Notes under the pieces: generated by a model
Databases searched by the model: none
Seen by the model: the letters and a program-made list of their open reading frames with translations, nothing else
Told to the model about the DNA's origin: nothing
Part shown: piece after piece, positions 11,189 to 22,500 of the stretch
Position numbering within the stretch: position 1 is the first letter of the stretch
Layout: every line of letters begins with the position of its first letter
Made by a program: the position numbers and the translations under genes
NCBI GenBank assembly: GCA_965207375.1
Contig: OZ242274.1
Location: forward strand, 1,184,001 to 1,248,000
Direction of reading: 5' to 3'
DNA: 64,000 nt
Origin: Nitrosopumilaceae archaeon
Lineage (GTDB): Archaea > Thermoproteota > Nitrososphaeria > Nitrososphaerales > Nitrosopumilaceae

Positions 11189-11578
11189 CAATTTATGCAA
11201 ACTCATATAGAATTAAAGACTAAAACAAGGCGCAAATCTTTTCATAAATCTGACTTTTACACATAATGCCCAAACTAGGGCACATGATGAAAAGTTAGAT
11301 TTTTGGAGGTTTTGACATACTCGTATAGTTCAGGATTCAGATTTCCTACATAAGATACAAGTGTAAAAACACGAGAATAAAATATGTGATTTGTCAATGC
11401 AGCTTGCAAGAGACAGGCATGGCACAAAATCTGACTAAAGTCAAACATACTAGACTAAATTTACATTTTCTTTCAAAATCATGCATGAATTGTATATGAT
11501 ATATCTTTACACAAAATCAAGCAAACTCGTATCACGCGTGTTGCAAACTTTAAATGCGTTATAGCATTTTTTCAAAAC

Positions 11579-11995
11579 ATGCTACTTCCTGCAGAAATTG
11601 AATCCAAAACATTGATTCCCGCACTGCGTGCCATTTTGGCAAAAAAATTGGCCTTGGAACATAAAATTAGAGAGGATGAAATATCTAAAATGTTGGGAGT
11701 TACACAGGCAGCAATCAGCAATTATATTCGTGGCACTCGTGGCGACCCTAACCTGATAGCCAAACTAATGGCAGAAGAACAGGTCTCAAAATTACTAGAT
11801 GAATTAAGCGAAAGCCTTGCATCAGATATGGCATATACACCTTCTAGTCTGTCTAAATTCATTGGTCTTTGCAACTATATCAAATCAAGCTTGTTGATTT
11901 GTGACATTCACCATAATTTAGAAACTAACATTGACGAGCAAGTCTGCAAAGAGTGTGAAAACATGTTGCTAAAAGGTCCCGGCAGCGTTTACTGA
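11579..11995 (+). CDS. HTH transcriptional regulator (COG2522-like)
   Basis: LPAE..IPALRA..ISKMLGVTQAAISNY..GTRG helix-turn-helix with C-terminal Cys/His cluster. Confidence 0.85.
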   Translation: MLLPAEIESKTLIPALRAILAKKLALEHKIREDEISKMLGVTQAAISNYIRGTRGDPNLIAKLMAEEQVSKLLDELSESLASDMAYTPSSLSKFIGLCNYIKSSLLICDIHHNLETNIDEQVCKECENMLLKGPGSVY

Positions 11996-12300
11996 TTTCG
12001 TGTCAAGATAATCGCTATTGTAGATGTCATTTTGCCAATTCCTGGCGGGGCATCACTGTCTACTGTGATGTTTTCAACCCTTGCATCATGTATCATACCT
12101 TCTGTAAGAATATTTGCAACTGCAACTGCATTTGGAATTGCATCTCCTGTTGCCTTGAGAATCATTCGTCTTCCCTTTACAAACGTATGCAGTAGATCTA
12201 CTGCAACCTGCATTACGGGGTCAAATCGTACATCAATTAAAATGTCATCAGATTCTTTACGATTAACCATAGATGTTTTTATTATCTCTTCCATGTACAA
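11989..12300 (-). CDS. Alba-family DNA/RNA-binding protein
   Basis: ILKATGDAIPNAVAVA...STIAIIL matches the Alba KARG.AI..AVDVA...S.IEI.L pattern. Confidence 0.75.
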   Translation of the reverse strand: MYMEEIIKTSMVNRKESDDILIDVRFDPVMQVAVDLLHTFVKGRRMILKATGDAIPNAVAVANILTEGMIHDARVENITVDSDAPPGIGKMTSTIAIILTRNQ

Positions 12301-12354
12301 CAGCTAACCTGATCATTTTTTGTGTTCTTTTAAGTTTTATCGACAACTTGTCCA

Positions 12355-12825
12355 TTATTGAAAATAATCAATTGGTATATTTTGATAGTCTCCGTTTGGC
12401 AGTATTCGTTTGATGACAATTGGAATGATTTTTTGCTCCAATTCCTCCATTGCAATATCTAGTGACGTTTTTGCAGTTACTGGAATCTCAATAAATGGCG
12501 GTGCGCCCTGTGAGAGTTGTAGTGCACGCGCTCCCATTATTCTTGCTTTTTCAAATCTTGTCAATACAGGAGGCCCAATGGTAATATTGCCTTTTTCAGC
12601 CGGAATTTCTGTTGCAGTGTGGTCGGAGTTGGTTTCAATAATGTCTCTGTCCTCAATTGATTTGATTTTTCGTTCTAGTTCCTCTTGTTCTTTTTCTGTA
12701 AGCTCCTTTGACTCTACTAGTTTTCGATAGGTATCTACTGCCTTGGCAAGTCCAGCATTTGCAAGCGTTGCATCATCTGAAATTTCTGGATCCTGTACAA
12801 TTTCTGTTTCTTTGGGTTCTGACAA
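12355..12825 (-). CDS. rpoK: DNA-directed RNA polymerase subunit K (Rpo6)
   Basis: LTRFEKARIMGARALQLSQGAP motif. TTG start at 12825 chosen because a TTATATAA box lies ~25 bp upstream. Confidence 0.93.
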   Translation of the reverse strand: MSEPKETEIVQDPEISDDATLANAGLAKAVDTYRKLVESKELTEKEQEELERKIKSIEDRDIIETNSDHTATEIPAEKGNITIGPPVLTRFEKARIMGARALQLSQGAPPFIEIPVTAKTSLDIAMEELEQKIIPIVIKRILPNGDYQNIPIDYFQ

Positions 12826-13236
12826 GTGTTGTATTTTGCTAAAAGCGGTTATATAATCCAATGACTGAGCTGGACCTTCTGATTTGAGAGGCACTTTTGG
12901 CATAAAAATACAAACACATACCAGTCATTTGTTTGCTTTTCTCCATTTGGCTGCAAACTCGTCTACAGCATATATCCTATTGCCAATTAGTCTCCTAGTC
13001 TGTAAATGTACTCCCAATTGCCTCTTCTGCTTGCAAGAACTCGAGGATCTGCAGGCCATACATGAACTTGAGTTTTACATGCAATGATTCATGGTGTCTG
13101 TTCTGCTGAGGCGTCTTGCACTAGATGAAATCATGTGTGGGTTTTAACTCTCTGACTGCTTGAATTGAATTCCTTAAAAGTATAGCAATAGTAAATAATC
13201 TCACAAGATGTAAAATAAAATACTTGTCACTATGTC

Positions 13237-13589
13237 AGCTAAGCAAAATGTGGCTCAAATCCTACCTCTAGTGGCGGCTTGAACTAGTACATCAACTCAA
13301 AATCCATTTGTACTTTGAAAACTAGCATGGTCATAATACTCTGACTTGCTGTATCATCACCCAACATTCCTGTACTGAGATCATAAATTCCGTATACCGT
13401 ATTGCTCTTGACTGACATAGTGCATGCAAGCACGTTTTTGGCACCAGATGCGTGGCATCTTGATATAATTGCAGATTGTTTAATAGTCCACTGTTCTAGT
13501 TTTTTGTTTAGTCACTGAAAATCATCTAGAGCCGTCCTATTGATCTGTTTGCATTTTTGGGGTAGATTTTGCCCATATTTTGTTTAGCT
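13237..13589. mobile_element. MITE-like or degenerate IS element with ~30-bp terminal inverted repeats
   Basis: Left agctaagcaaaatgtggctcaaatcctacc; reverse complement of the right end agctaaacaaaatatgggcaaaatctaccc. Confidence 0.7.
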
Positions 13590-13634
13590 ATGAACTTGTC
13601 AACTTTTAAAAACTAATGATACTTTTTACAAAGC

Positions 13635-13850
13635 ATGAATCAAACACTAAAATATAAAAAGTCATTCACAACAGATGACGACCAAATACCATTTACGATA
13701 CGCATAAGCTTTTCCACACCGTCTACACACATTTTAGATGAAAAATCACAAATTGCTTCATTGGGAATTCCAGATAATGAATCATTAGAGGATGCAGAAA
13801 AAGACATGGAACAATTTGCCAAAAACAGTACTAGTCACTGGGAAGATTAA
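13635..13850 (+). CDS. Hypothetical protein
   Basis: 71-aa ATG ORF with a TTTTAAA box ~25 bp upstream. Confidence 0.5.
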   Translation: MNQTLKYKKSFTTDDDQIPFTIRISFSTPSTHILDEKSQIASLGIPDNESLEDAEKDMEQFAKNSTSHWED

Positions 13851-14019
13851 ATCCCATTGATATCAAAATACGACATTCATTCCAAAGAAATAGTATTGGG
13901 AAATCCAATGGTACAAACTCAGGTCGTAAATTTCAGGCACGAAATTTTCATGTATGTTCAAAAACAAGGCATAGAGTCAGATGCAACCTGAGTATGTGCC
14001 TGCAGCTTTGCTACAAGTT

Positions 14020-14269
14020 TTTAGTTGAATAATTTTTGCTTTTAGCTGTTTGTTTTCTGCAATCATCTATTTGTTTTTTTGCAGATCTTTCATTTGTTTA
14101 TCCATTTGATCAAATTGTTCAGTAAGAATCTCGAAAAGCTTGTTGACATCGGGATTCTTCCAGTCTATTTACTCAAGATCAAATCCTGGTATCATAATTT
14201 TATGCTGATGATAGTGATCCTTATGTTTTACTGCCTCTGATTATATCAGGAACTAAATCAGAATGTTAC
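14020..14269 (-). pseudogene. IS66 left-end remnant with degenerate transposase N-terminus
   Basis: Minus strand reads MIPGFDLE*IDWKNPDVNKLFE...*MIAENKQLKAKIIQL, homologous to IDWNNPDVVKLFE...SENEQLRAQIAKL at 58527. A GTAAC end at 14269 lies 74 bp before the ATG. Confidence 0.8.
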
Positions 14270-14330
14270 AAAAAAATTGTAGATCATTCCTCTAAAAACT
14301 AGACCTAGCACGACGAGGCAATATTTCTGT

Positions 14331-14516
14331 CTAATCTAATTTATTTGCTGCTTTTGCTAATATGCCTACATTTGATTCCATACAATTATCATAAAATGAT
14401 TTGCCATCAAGCTGCGTTTGTAAATCCAATTCTTGAATTTTTGCCAATTCCTCAGGCGTTGCATTAAAAATCAATTCATCAATATCTTTCATATGCTGTC
14501 GTTCTTGATATGACAT
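14331..14516 (-). CDS. Hypothetical protein
   Basis: 61-aa ATG ORF with protein-like composition. Confidence 0.6.
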   Translation of the reverse strand: MSYQERQHMKDIDELIFNATPEELAKIQELDLQTQLDGKSFYDNCMESNVGILAKAANKLD

Positions 14517-14674
14517 AATTTTGAATCAAAAATGATCTTATAGCGATCAACTTTACAAATTTAGACTAAATGCTAAATTTCCTGATAAATTTTGTAAAAA
14601 CATGACGAAATTCATATTTTTAGAATGCTTGCATGATTTAAAGACATAATAAGAATTTGACCCAAAAGTGAGTC

Positions 14675-15847
14675 ATGGAGACTAAAAATATCGGACTTCG
14701 GGGCATTCCTGTAGCAGATACGCGTGTCTCAAATATTGACGGCGAGCAGGGAAGGCTAATTTATAGAGGTTATGATATTTGTGATCTAGTAAAAAACTCT
14801 AATTTTGAAGAAACTGCATATCTTTTACTTCATGATGTATTGCCTACCAAAACACAGTTGACTGATTTTACAGATAAACTACAAGAGGCTAGATGGATTC
14901 CAAAACAAATGCAAGCAAATATGGGAAACTGGAGAAAGGACGCCGATCCCATGGATATGCTACAGGCCTTTGTTGCAGCACTAGCAGGATACTATGACGA
15001 AGAATTTCACAACAAAGAATCAAGCTATGATAAGGCAATCAATCTGATTGCCAAGGTGTCAACCATTGTGGCAAGTTGGCAGCGCATACGAAACGGTTTA
15101 GAAATCATAGATCCAAATCCAGACTTGAACCATGCTGCAAATTTTCTCAACATGTTAACGGGTCAGATTCCAGATGAGGAAACGGCCAAGATATTTGACA
15201 CCTGTTTAATCTTACATGCAGATCATACCTTTAACGCATCAACCTTTGCAGCAAGACAGGTAGCATCCACTCGTGCACACATGTATTCTGCTGCTAGTGC
15301 GGCAATTGGTGCCCTAAGTGGAGAGTTGCATGGGGGAGCAAATTATGAGGTAATGAAGATGCTTTTGGATATTAAAACGGTGGAAAATGTGCAACCTTGG
15401 ATTAAGAAACGAATGAGTGAAGGAGGCAGAGTCATGGGCATGGGTCATGCAGTTTACAAAACATATGATCCTAGGGCGCAAATTCTAAAAGAGCTTTCAA
15501 GAAAGCTGGCAAAAAAAACAAATCAACAATGGTTTGACATTACAGAGCAGGTAGAAAAAACTACAATCCAAGAAATGAAAGAACAAAAAGGTATGGATAT
15601 TTATCCAAACGTTGATCTTTACAGCGCATCAATTTACTACATGTTGAACATTCCAATGGATCTTAACACTCCGATATTTGCAATGTCTAGAGTTGTGGGA
15701 TGGGCAGCACATATTATAGAGGAAAAGTTTGCCGAAGCTGCACCAAAGCCTGCCTTGTATAGGCCAAAGGCAGTATATGTTGGAAAATATTGCGGTCCAG
15801 AGGGCTGCAAATACCAGGAACTAGATCTGAGAAAAGAGTTTTCTTAA
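14675..15847 (+). CDS. gltA: Citrate synthase
   Basis: LHADHTFNAST, GELHGGAN, GMGHAVYKTYDPRA and YPNVDLYS motifs. Confidence 0.96.
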   Translation: METKNIGLRGIPVADTRVSNIDGEQGRLIYRGYDICDLVKNSNFEETAYLLLHDVLPTKTQLTDFTDKLQEARWIPKQMQANMGNWRKDADPMDMLQAFVAALAGYYDEEFHNKESSYDKAINLIAKVSTIVASWQRIRNGLEIIDPNPDLNHAANFLNMLTGQIPDEETAKIFDTCLILHADHTFNASTFAARQVASTRAHMYSAASAAIGALSGELHGGANYEVMKMLLDIKTVENVQPWIKKRMSEGGRVMGMGHAVYKTYDPRAQILKELSRKLAKKTNQQWFDITEQVEKTTIQEMKEQKGMDIYPNVDLYSASIYYMLNIPMDLNTPIFAMSRVVGWAAHIIEEKFAEAAPKPALYRPKAVYVGKYCGPEGCKYQELDLRKEFS

Positions 15848-16065
15848 TTTCTAGAGTTCATCCATTTTCTGGCTTTGGAATTTACATCGTGTTTGTAAAG
15901 TACCTCAAAGACCATGTCATAAAATGTAATGCCTTTTTTTTGTGCCTGTTCATCTAGCCATTTTATTCCATCAGCTAGTTCAGGATCGTACTCTGAACAT
16001 TGTACTAATTCGTCAACCATTTTTGTGAAAAACACTTGGGATTCTAACATAACACAAAGTTTCAA
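15844..16065 (-). CDS. Small hypothetical protein
   Basis: 73-aa ORF convergent with gltA; start uncertain. Confidence 0.65.
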   Translation of the reverse strand: MKLCVMLESQVFFTKMVDELVQCSEYDPELADGIKWLDEQAQKKGITFYDMVFEVLYKHDVNSKARKWMNSRN

Positions 16066-16409
16066 ACTTTGATCATAAGTAATCTATTCAAATTATATAG
16101 ACAAAAGACCCTTTTTTGATTGACTTGGCACGCTTGGGACCTTGAGAAAGGCCATTATCATACAATATAGGTGGACATTTCATCAGTATCTGAGACAATT
16201 GTTAAGATAGGTTGTATTGGTTTGTTAGTATTTGCAATTATAGTATAGTAGGTTTTGTGCTCAATCAAATTTATGAATTAAAAATGATTAATTTCTAACT
16301 GTAAACTAGCAATTCTACCTAGTTTTTGACCTGTACCATTACCACTGGGACGTGATTTTTTGCCATTTTAGACGATAATACCACAAAATGATAACCACTA
16401 ATCTGTTAA

Positions 16410-16520
16410 CCCCCTCTCAAAAGATGGATCAGTTGTCCATTTGGCTTTTATCCTGTGTATTGTATCATTATTCCTAGATGATCCCCCTCTCAAAAAATAG
16501 ATCAGTTGTCCATTTGGCTT
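16410..16520 (+). promoter_or_regulatory. Duplicated 38-bp upstream element of the S-layer gene; the second copy runs into a TATA box
   Basis: 16410-16447 and 16483-16520 match at 36/38 positions; TTATATA at ~16519-16525, ~30 bp before the ATG. Confidence 0.7.
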
Positions 16521-16553
16521 ATATAGTTAGTTTTCAGTTAGAAATTAATAACT

Positions 16554-19500
16554 ATGTACAACAATCAAAAAAACGAAATATACAAAAAATTAACTAGTCT
16601 AACACTAATGACAATAATGGTGGCTGGCGGAATGACCTTTGCAGTACCAGGAATGGTTCCAGAGGCCTATGCTGCCAATGCAAACCTGTTTGTCTCCGCA
16701 GAAAACTCAAAATTTGACAATTACATGTCCGGACCTCAAGTAATTGAGGTGGCAATAATTGATTCATCTATATCTGACACAGATGAGGGCAAAGGAGAAC
16801 CTGACGTTACTGTAAATGGCAACAACCTGAGAATGGTTCAAGCCACTGACGGTAATTGGTACGGTTACTTTGCTGATAAAACAATGGCAGAAAGAGCTGA
16901 TTCACAAGATAATGGATTGGACTTTGGTACATCTGGTTCTGTTGTAAATATTCTTCCTTCAGATGCTGAATTTGAAGCTGATGGACTCTTTTTCAACGAA
17001 AACAATGTTAACGTTGTAAGAGAACCAAAGAACGTAAACACAAACCTACGTATCGATGACGGTCAAATTGGCATTACTGCCGATACATGGCCATTTATCC
17101 AACTATACACTCTAAATCCGACAGGCAATGTTGTGGTACAGTACAACAAGGGAGGCGGTGCACAAAGCACTACATTAACCTTTGATACTGTTGACGACTT
17201 TGCAGGTATAGAACTGGACAGGGCTTCTTATCCACAAGGAGCTGAAGTTCATGCAACTATTACTGATGCATGGTTAAACATTGACCCAACTGACGAAGAT
17301 TCATGGACGTTTAACACTGTAAGTGGTGACGCCTTCTATCATGTCTATAATGACAATGGTGGAATTGGTGAGAATACTTCCCTCGAAAAAGATGGCACTG
17401 GCCTTCAATCTGTAAGCGTTGGAGATTTGATGTGTTCAGATTGTGCCTTGATACTAAAGCCTAATGTTCAAGGTGATGATAAACACGTCATTACAATCCA
17501 AGGTAATGCAGATTCTAGAATTGCTAACGATGGCGATACTGCTCTCACAGCAGACGCTTGGGTTAAACAAAATGTAGTAATTACCGTCTTAGATCAGAAA
17601 ACTCAGCCGGTTACTATCACAGAACAAGGACCTAACAGCGGAATCTTTGGTACTTATGACGAGTCTGACACATCTATACTCAAAATTATAGATGATGCCG
17701 ATAGAGGCACGTCAGCTACTTTAGATTACAATGATAGTCCAGTATCTGTCCTAGTAACTCACGCATTTGCTGAAATCGACATACAACCAGTATCTGACGT
17801 TTGGAACAGTGGTGAACTAATACCAGTCGTTCTTGTCGATTCTGATATTAATAAAAATACCAGAGCAGACGAGGACATTTCACTAAGCGATCCTAGCTAC
17901 AAAATAATTCCAAGTCTTAGGACTGGAAGCCCAATTACATTGGGTAGTGGTGAATTGACGGTAGATGCACGATCAGCAGATGGAAATTCAGCACCACAAA
18001 CAAATGCAACAGTAGACGCCTTCAGTGACAGAGCAATACTTGAAATTAAAAACGATGAAGAGGTAAAATCTCTGTTGATTGACCTTGGTATTACCGGAAA
18101 AGAATTGAAAAGTTCTTTGGTTGATACTAATGACGGCAACTATGGATATAACCTATTCAACTATGACATTCGTTCACTAGTCGAAGGAGAAAAAGATTCT
18201 CTAGGCACGGTAAAAATATCATTGGTTAACACCACTAATGGTGTAAAAATCAATGTTCCTCTAGCCTGTGATAAATCAGACAGACAAGGTCTAGGGTTAT
18301 TACCTGCTGGAGATTGTACATTACCCGATCCAGAAGACACAACTCCAGCACCAACTTCAATAGTAATTCCATTACTATACAACTCTGGTAGTGCTTACGA
18401 AATGCAACACTTTGGAACAGCATTTGATGAAGCAGTTTCAGACTATAACGCCGCTTCTTCCAAAGCATTTAGCTCACAAAAGCTACCTTTGGGAACAACT
18501 GCTATATCGTCTGTACTAGATACAGGCGCTAAAGGAGCAGTCGGTACTTATACTTCTGAACAGTTGAGGACTCTTAGCCAAACCGGCAAGATCGGTACAG
18601 ACGATGGAGACATTGTCTTGTTAAGTTACTCTTCTACAGCAACATCATTTGCAGAATCAGGCGATGGCATCTTTAGATTGACTACAGATACATCTCGTCA
18701 GGTGGACAGTATAGTAACACAATTGATTCCAACTAATGACTTTGACCAAATCATCTCCATACATCTCAACGATGCATGGAGCCAAGATTATGTTGCAGCA
18801 TTAAATGCAACATACGGTGACGCTCACAGCGAGATTAAATACGATCCTAAAGCAAGTAACATAACTACCGAGTTTAACACTGTTCTAAGAACAGGTTTGT
18901 CAGGTCTTGATGCACAAACTGCAATCGTGATTCTTGAATATGATCATGATAGACTTGATGCACTGGTAACAGAACTTGCTAGAACGAACGTTAATGCTTA
19001 TGCCGGAATCTCCACCACAAAGTTCATCATTCCTGATGTTCCAAGTGGTGCCTTTGGCGATAATCTAAACGCTGATGCTCTTGCATTACTTAAAGCCACA
19101 GACATGAAGACGATAAAGTTTGCACTAAGTGTTAACACTGACGGTCAGAACGCATTGAGAGATGCTCTAAACAAGACCACATTGACACAGGTCAACTTTG
19201 ACAGTGATGATAACATCTTTGACAGACATGCATATGCCGCATACGACGCAGGTCAGATTCTGACACGAGCTATAGATGCTCTTGGATCAGAATATACATC
19301 TGAACAATTAAACAACCGTATTCCACTCGCAGCAGAGGATTATAGTTCTGAGGCTTTGATATACAATACAAAGCTAAACGATAAAGGTGACCTGGCATGT
19401 ATGGTATATGACATATTTGAGATTGATGACGGATCCACAGGATTTGCACTTCAAACTCCAACACAAGAAACTACTGACCCTGTTAACTGTAAAAGAACTA

Positions 19501-22500
19501 TAACAGAACCTAACGCACCAACTGTTACTGAAATACACCAGAGGCCAGCATCAGCTGAGCTAACATGGACTCCAGCAACAGACGGTACTCCAGCAACAGA
19601 ATTTCAAGTACAATACAAACTTGCAACTGCTAGTTCATGGACAGACCATTCTACTGTATCTGCATCTACTACTCTAACTGTAACTATAAGTGGTCTCTCA
19701 AACGACCAAGAATACTACTTTAGAGTAATTGCAATAAACAGTATAGGAGGAAGTGAAGCATCTGTTGTAGTTAAAACTACTCCAAGAGCACAAGTCTTTG
19801 CACCAAACGCACCAACAGGTCTAACTGCAACATCACTCAATGCCACAGCAGTCACATTATCATGGGCTGAACCGGCAGATGATGGTGGCGCAGAAGTCAC
19901 TGATTACAAGGTAGAATACAAACTTGCAACTGCTACAAATTGGAACACATTTGCTGACGGTACATCTGACACTGTCTCTACAACTGTAACTGGTCTGACA
20001 GAAGGACAAGTATACCAGTTTAGAGTAAGTGCAACAAACGTACAAGCAACAGGAGCAGTATCTAATATTGATATTGCAACACCAACAGCACCAGCTCCAG
20101 TAGCAACAGTACCTAATGCACCAACAGGTCTAACTGCAACAGCAGGTGATACTACAGTCTTATTATCATGGACTGCACCAAGCACTGGTGATGCACCAAC
20201 AGGCTATACGGTACAACAGAGTACTGATGGAACTAGCTTCGCTGATTCTACTACTGTTACAGTAACTGGAACAACAGCTACAGTAACAGGACTCACAAAC
20301 GATCAACAATACACCTTTAGGGTATTTGCAACAAACGCTCAAGGACCAAGTGCAGCAGCATCTAATGTTGCTACAGCAACTCCAGCAGCAGCACAAACCA
20401 ACGGAGGCTCAACGCCAACCAACACCGCTCCAGTAATTGAAACAATTACTGCTCAAACATTCACAGTTGGCACAGCAGTATCTGTCCCCATAAATGCAAC
20501 TGATGCAGAAGGTGACACGATTATGTACAATGTAATGCTCGATCCGACACCAACAACACGACCTACCATATCAGGTAACGAACTCACTTGGCCTGCACCA
20601 GAAGCAGGTACATACGACGTAACGATCACAGCACGTGATGGGACTACCGACGGCAACACAGTATCGTTCACACTAACGATAAACCGCGCTCCAGTCTTAG
20701 CACCAATAGGTGCTCAATCAGGAACCGTAGGTGAACTATTGACAATCCCACTCTCTGCAACTGATGCAGATGGTGACAGGGTTACTTACACCATATCTCC
20801 TCCTCTAACAGGAGCAACACCAGGTAATTACGTAAAACTTGGCACCACAACAACTGCAACACTCACTTGGACACCAACTGTCGCAGACACATACGATGTA
20901 ATGATCATAGCACGTGACGGAAACATAGGCGGTATTGATCGTGAACCTATTACTATCACAATAACTGACCCAGCACCAACTCCAGTGGTATATCCACCAA
21001 GAGTAAACTTTGATGCAGGCGATACTGTTGAAATTCCAATGATACTAGACAACGATGTGCTTTACGAAAGTAACTTCTTTGGTTGGTTTGGTCAATCTGT
21101 AGGCGACTATGCTCAAAATGCAATCCAAAGCAACGTTACATATAGTGACGTGCCTTATGACATTAGTTCAAATGCAACAGAAGACATTGAGCGTATTGTT
21201 GACGCAGGTAACAAAGCTGCTGTAGGTACTTATACCTCACAACAGTTGAAAGACCTAAACGACACAGGAAAAGTCGGTACAGATATTGTCCTGTTAAGCT
21301 ATGCCTCAACTGCTTCAACATTGACTGGAACCGATGGTATATTCAGACTCACTACGAACAATCAACATCAGGCAGATAATGTCTTAAAGCCAGAGTTGTC
21401 TGGATTTGCAAACATCATATCCATACATCGTAACGATACATGGAGTATTGATTATGTCACTATACTAGAAAACCAGTATGGTGCTAATCATGAGATAATT
21501 GCATACGATTCAACTCTATCAGGTGACATAATGACCAAGTTACGTGATTCTTCTACAGGTCTACACAGCATTGCAGCAGACACTGCAATTGTGATTCTAG
21601 GATTTGGTGAAGTTAAAGATGTACTCATGGAGTTATCTGTTCAAGGACAAAACGGTTACAACTATACAGGCATTGAAACAACAAAGTTCTTCATTCCTGA
21701 CCTTGCAGCAAGCGTTGCAGATGATCTTGATGATCAACATGCGATTGCATTGCTTAAAGCCACAGATATGAAGACGATAAAGTTTGCACTAAAGAACGAC
21801 AATACAAGAGCCGATCTAAACGATAAGGTACGTGACGGCACTGACTCAGACGAAAGACACGTCTATGCCGCATACGATGCAGGTAAAATCTTGGCAAGAG
21901 CCATAGATGAACTTGGAAAGGACGGTACAGTAGAACAACTAAAGACAAAGATTCCAGAAGTAGCTCGTGCATACAATTCTGAGGCTCTCATACACAGTAC
22001 GATACTAGGTCCAAATGGTGACCTTGAATGTACTACCTATGACGTGCTTGAGATAAACGACACTGCAAGCAGTGTTGGTACAATTGTATTCGAGAACAAT
22101 TCTACTCAGAGAAACACTTGTGCTTCTACATCATCTGTACCAATGTTGAATAGCCCACAGTTAGTATCATGTATTGACTGTGCAATCAACTCATTTGGTG
22201 AAATCTTTGGACAAACAGTTCAGGTACAATCTACAACACAGCAAGCAACAACAATCACAAACATCTTGGAAATTCCTGACGACAGCAAATTAGCAATACT
22301 CATTGAATATCAGAACCCAGTCACAACAGATAGTGAAGATGATCCAATTGTATTGGACTTTTTCGCATTTGGATTTGGCGATGACGGAAGAACAGCTAAT
22401 CAAATTGTCAGACTTGAATTGGAAGAAACTGGTGATAACACTGACACCTTTGTAGGTGGCTTGGAATACACTATGTTAAACCAACTCAACATTCTGAAAG

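Noticed and set aside
16388-16398. ATGATAACCAC upstream of slaA matches the start of the IS110 left IR
   Set aside because: Only 11 bp with no other IS110 sequence nearby; likely chance.
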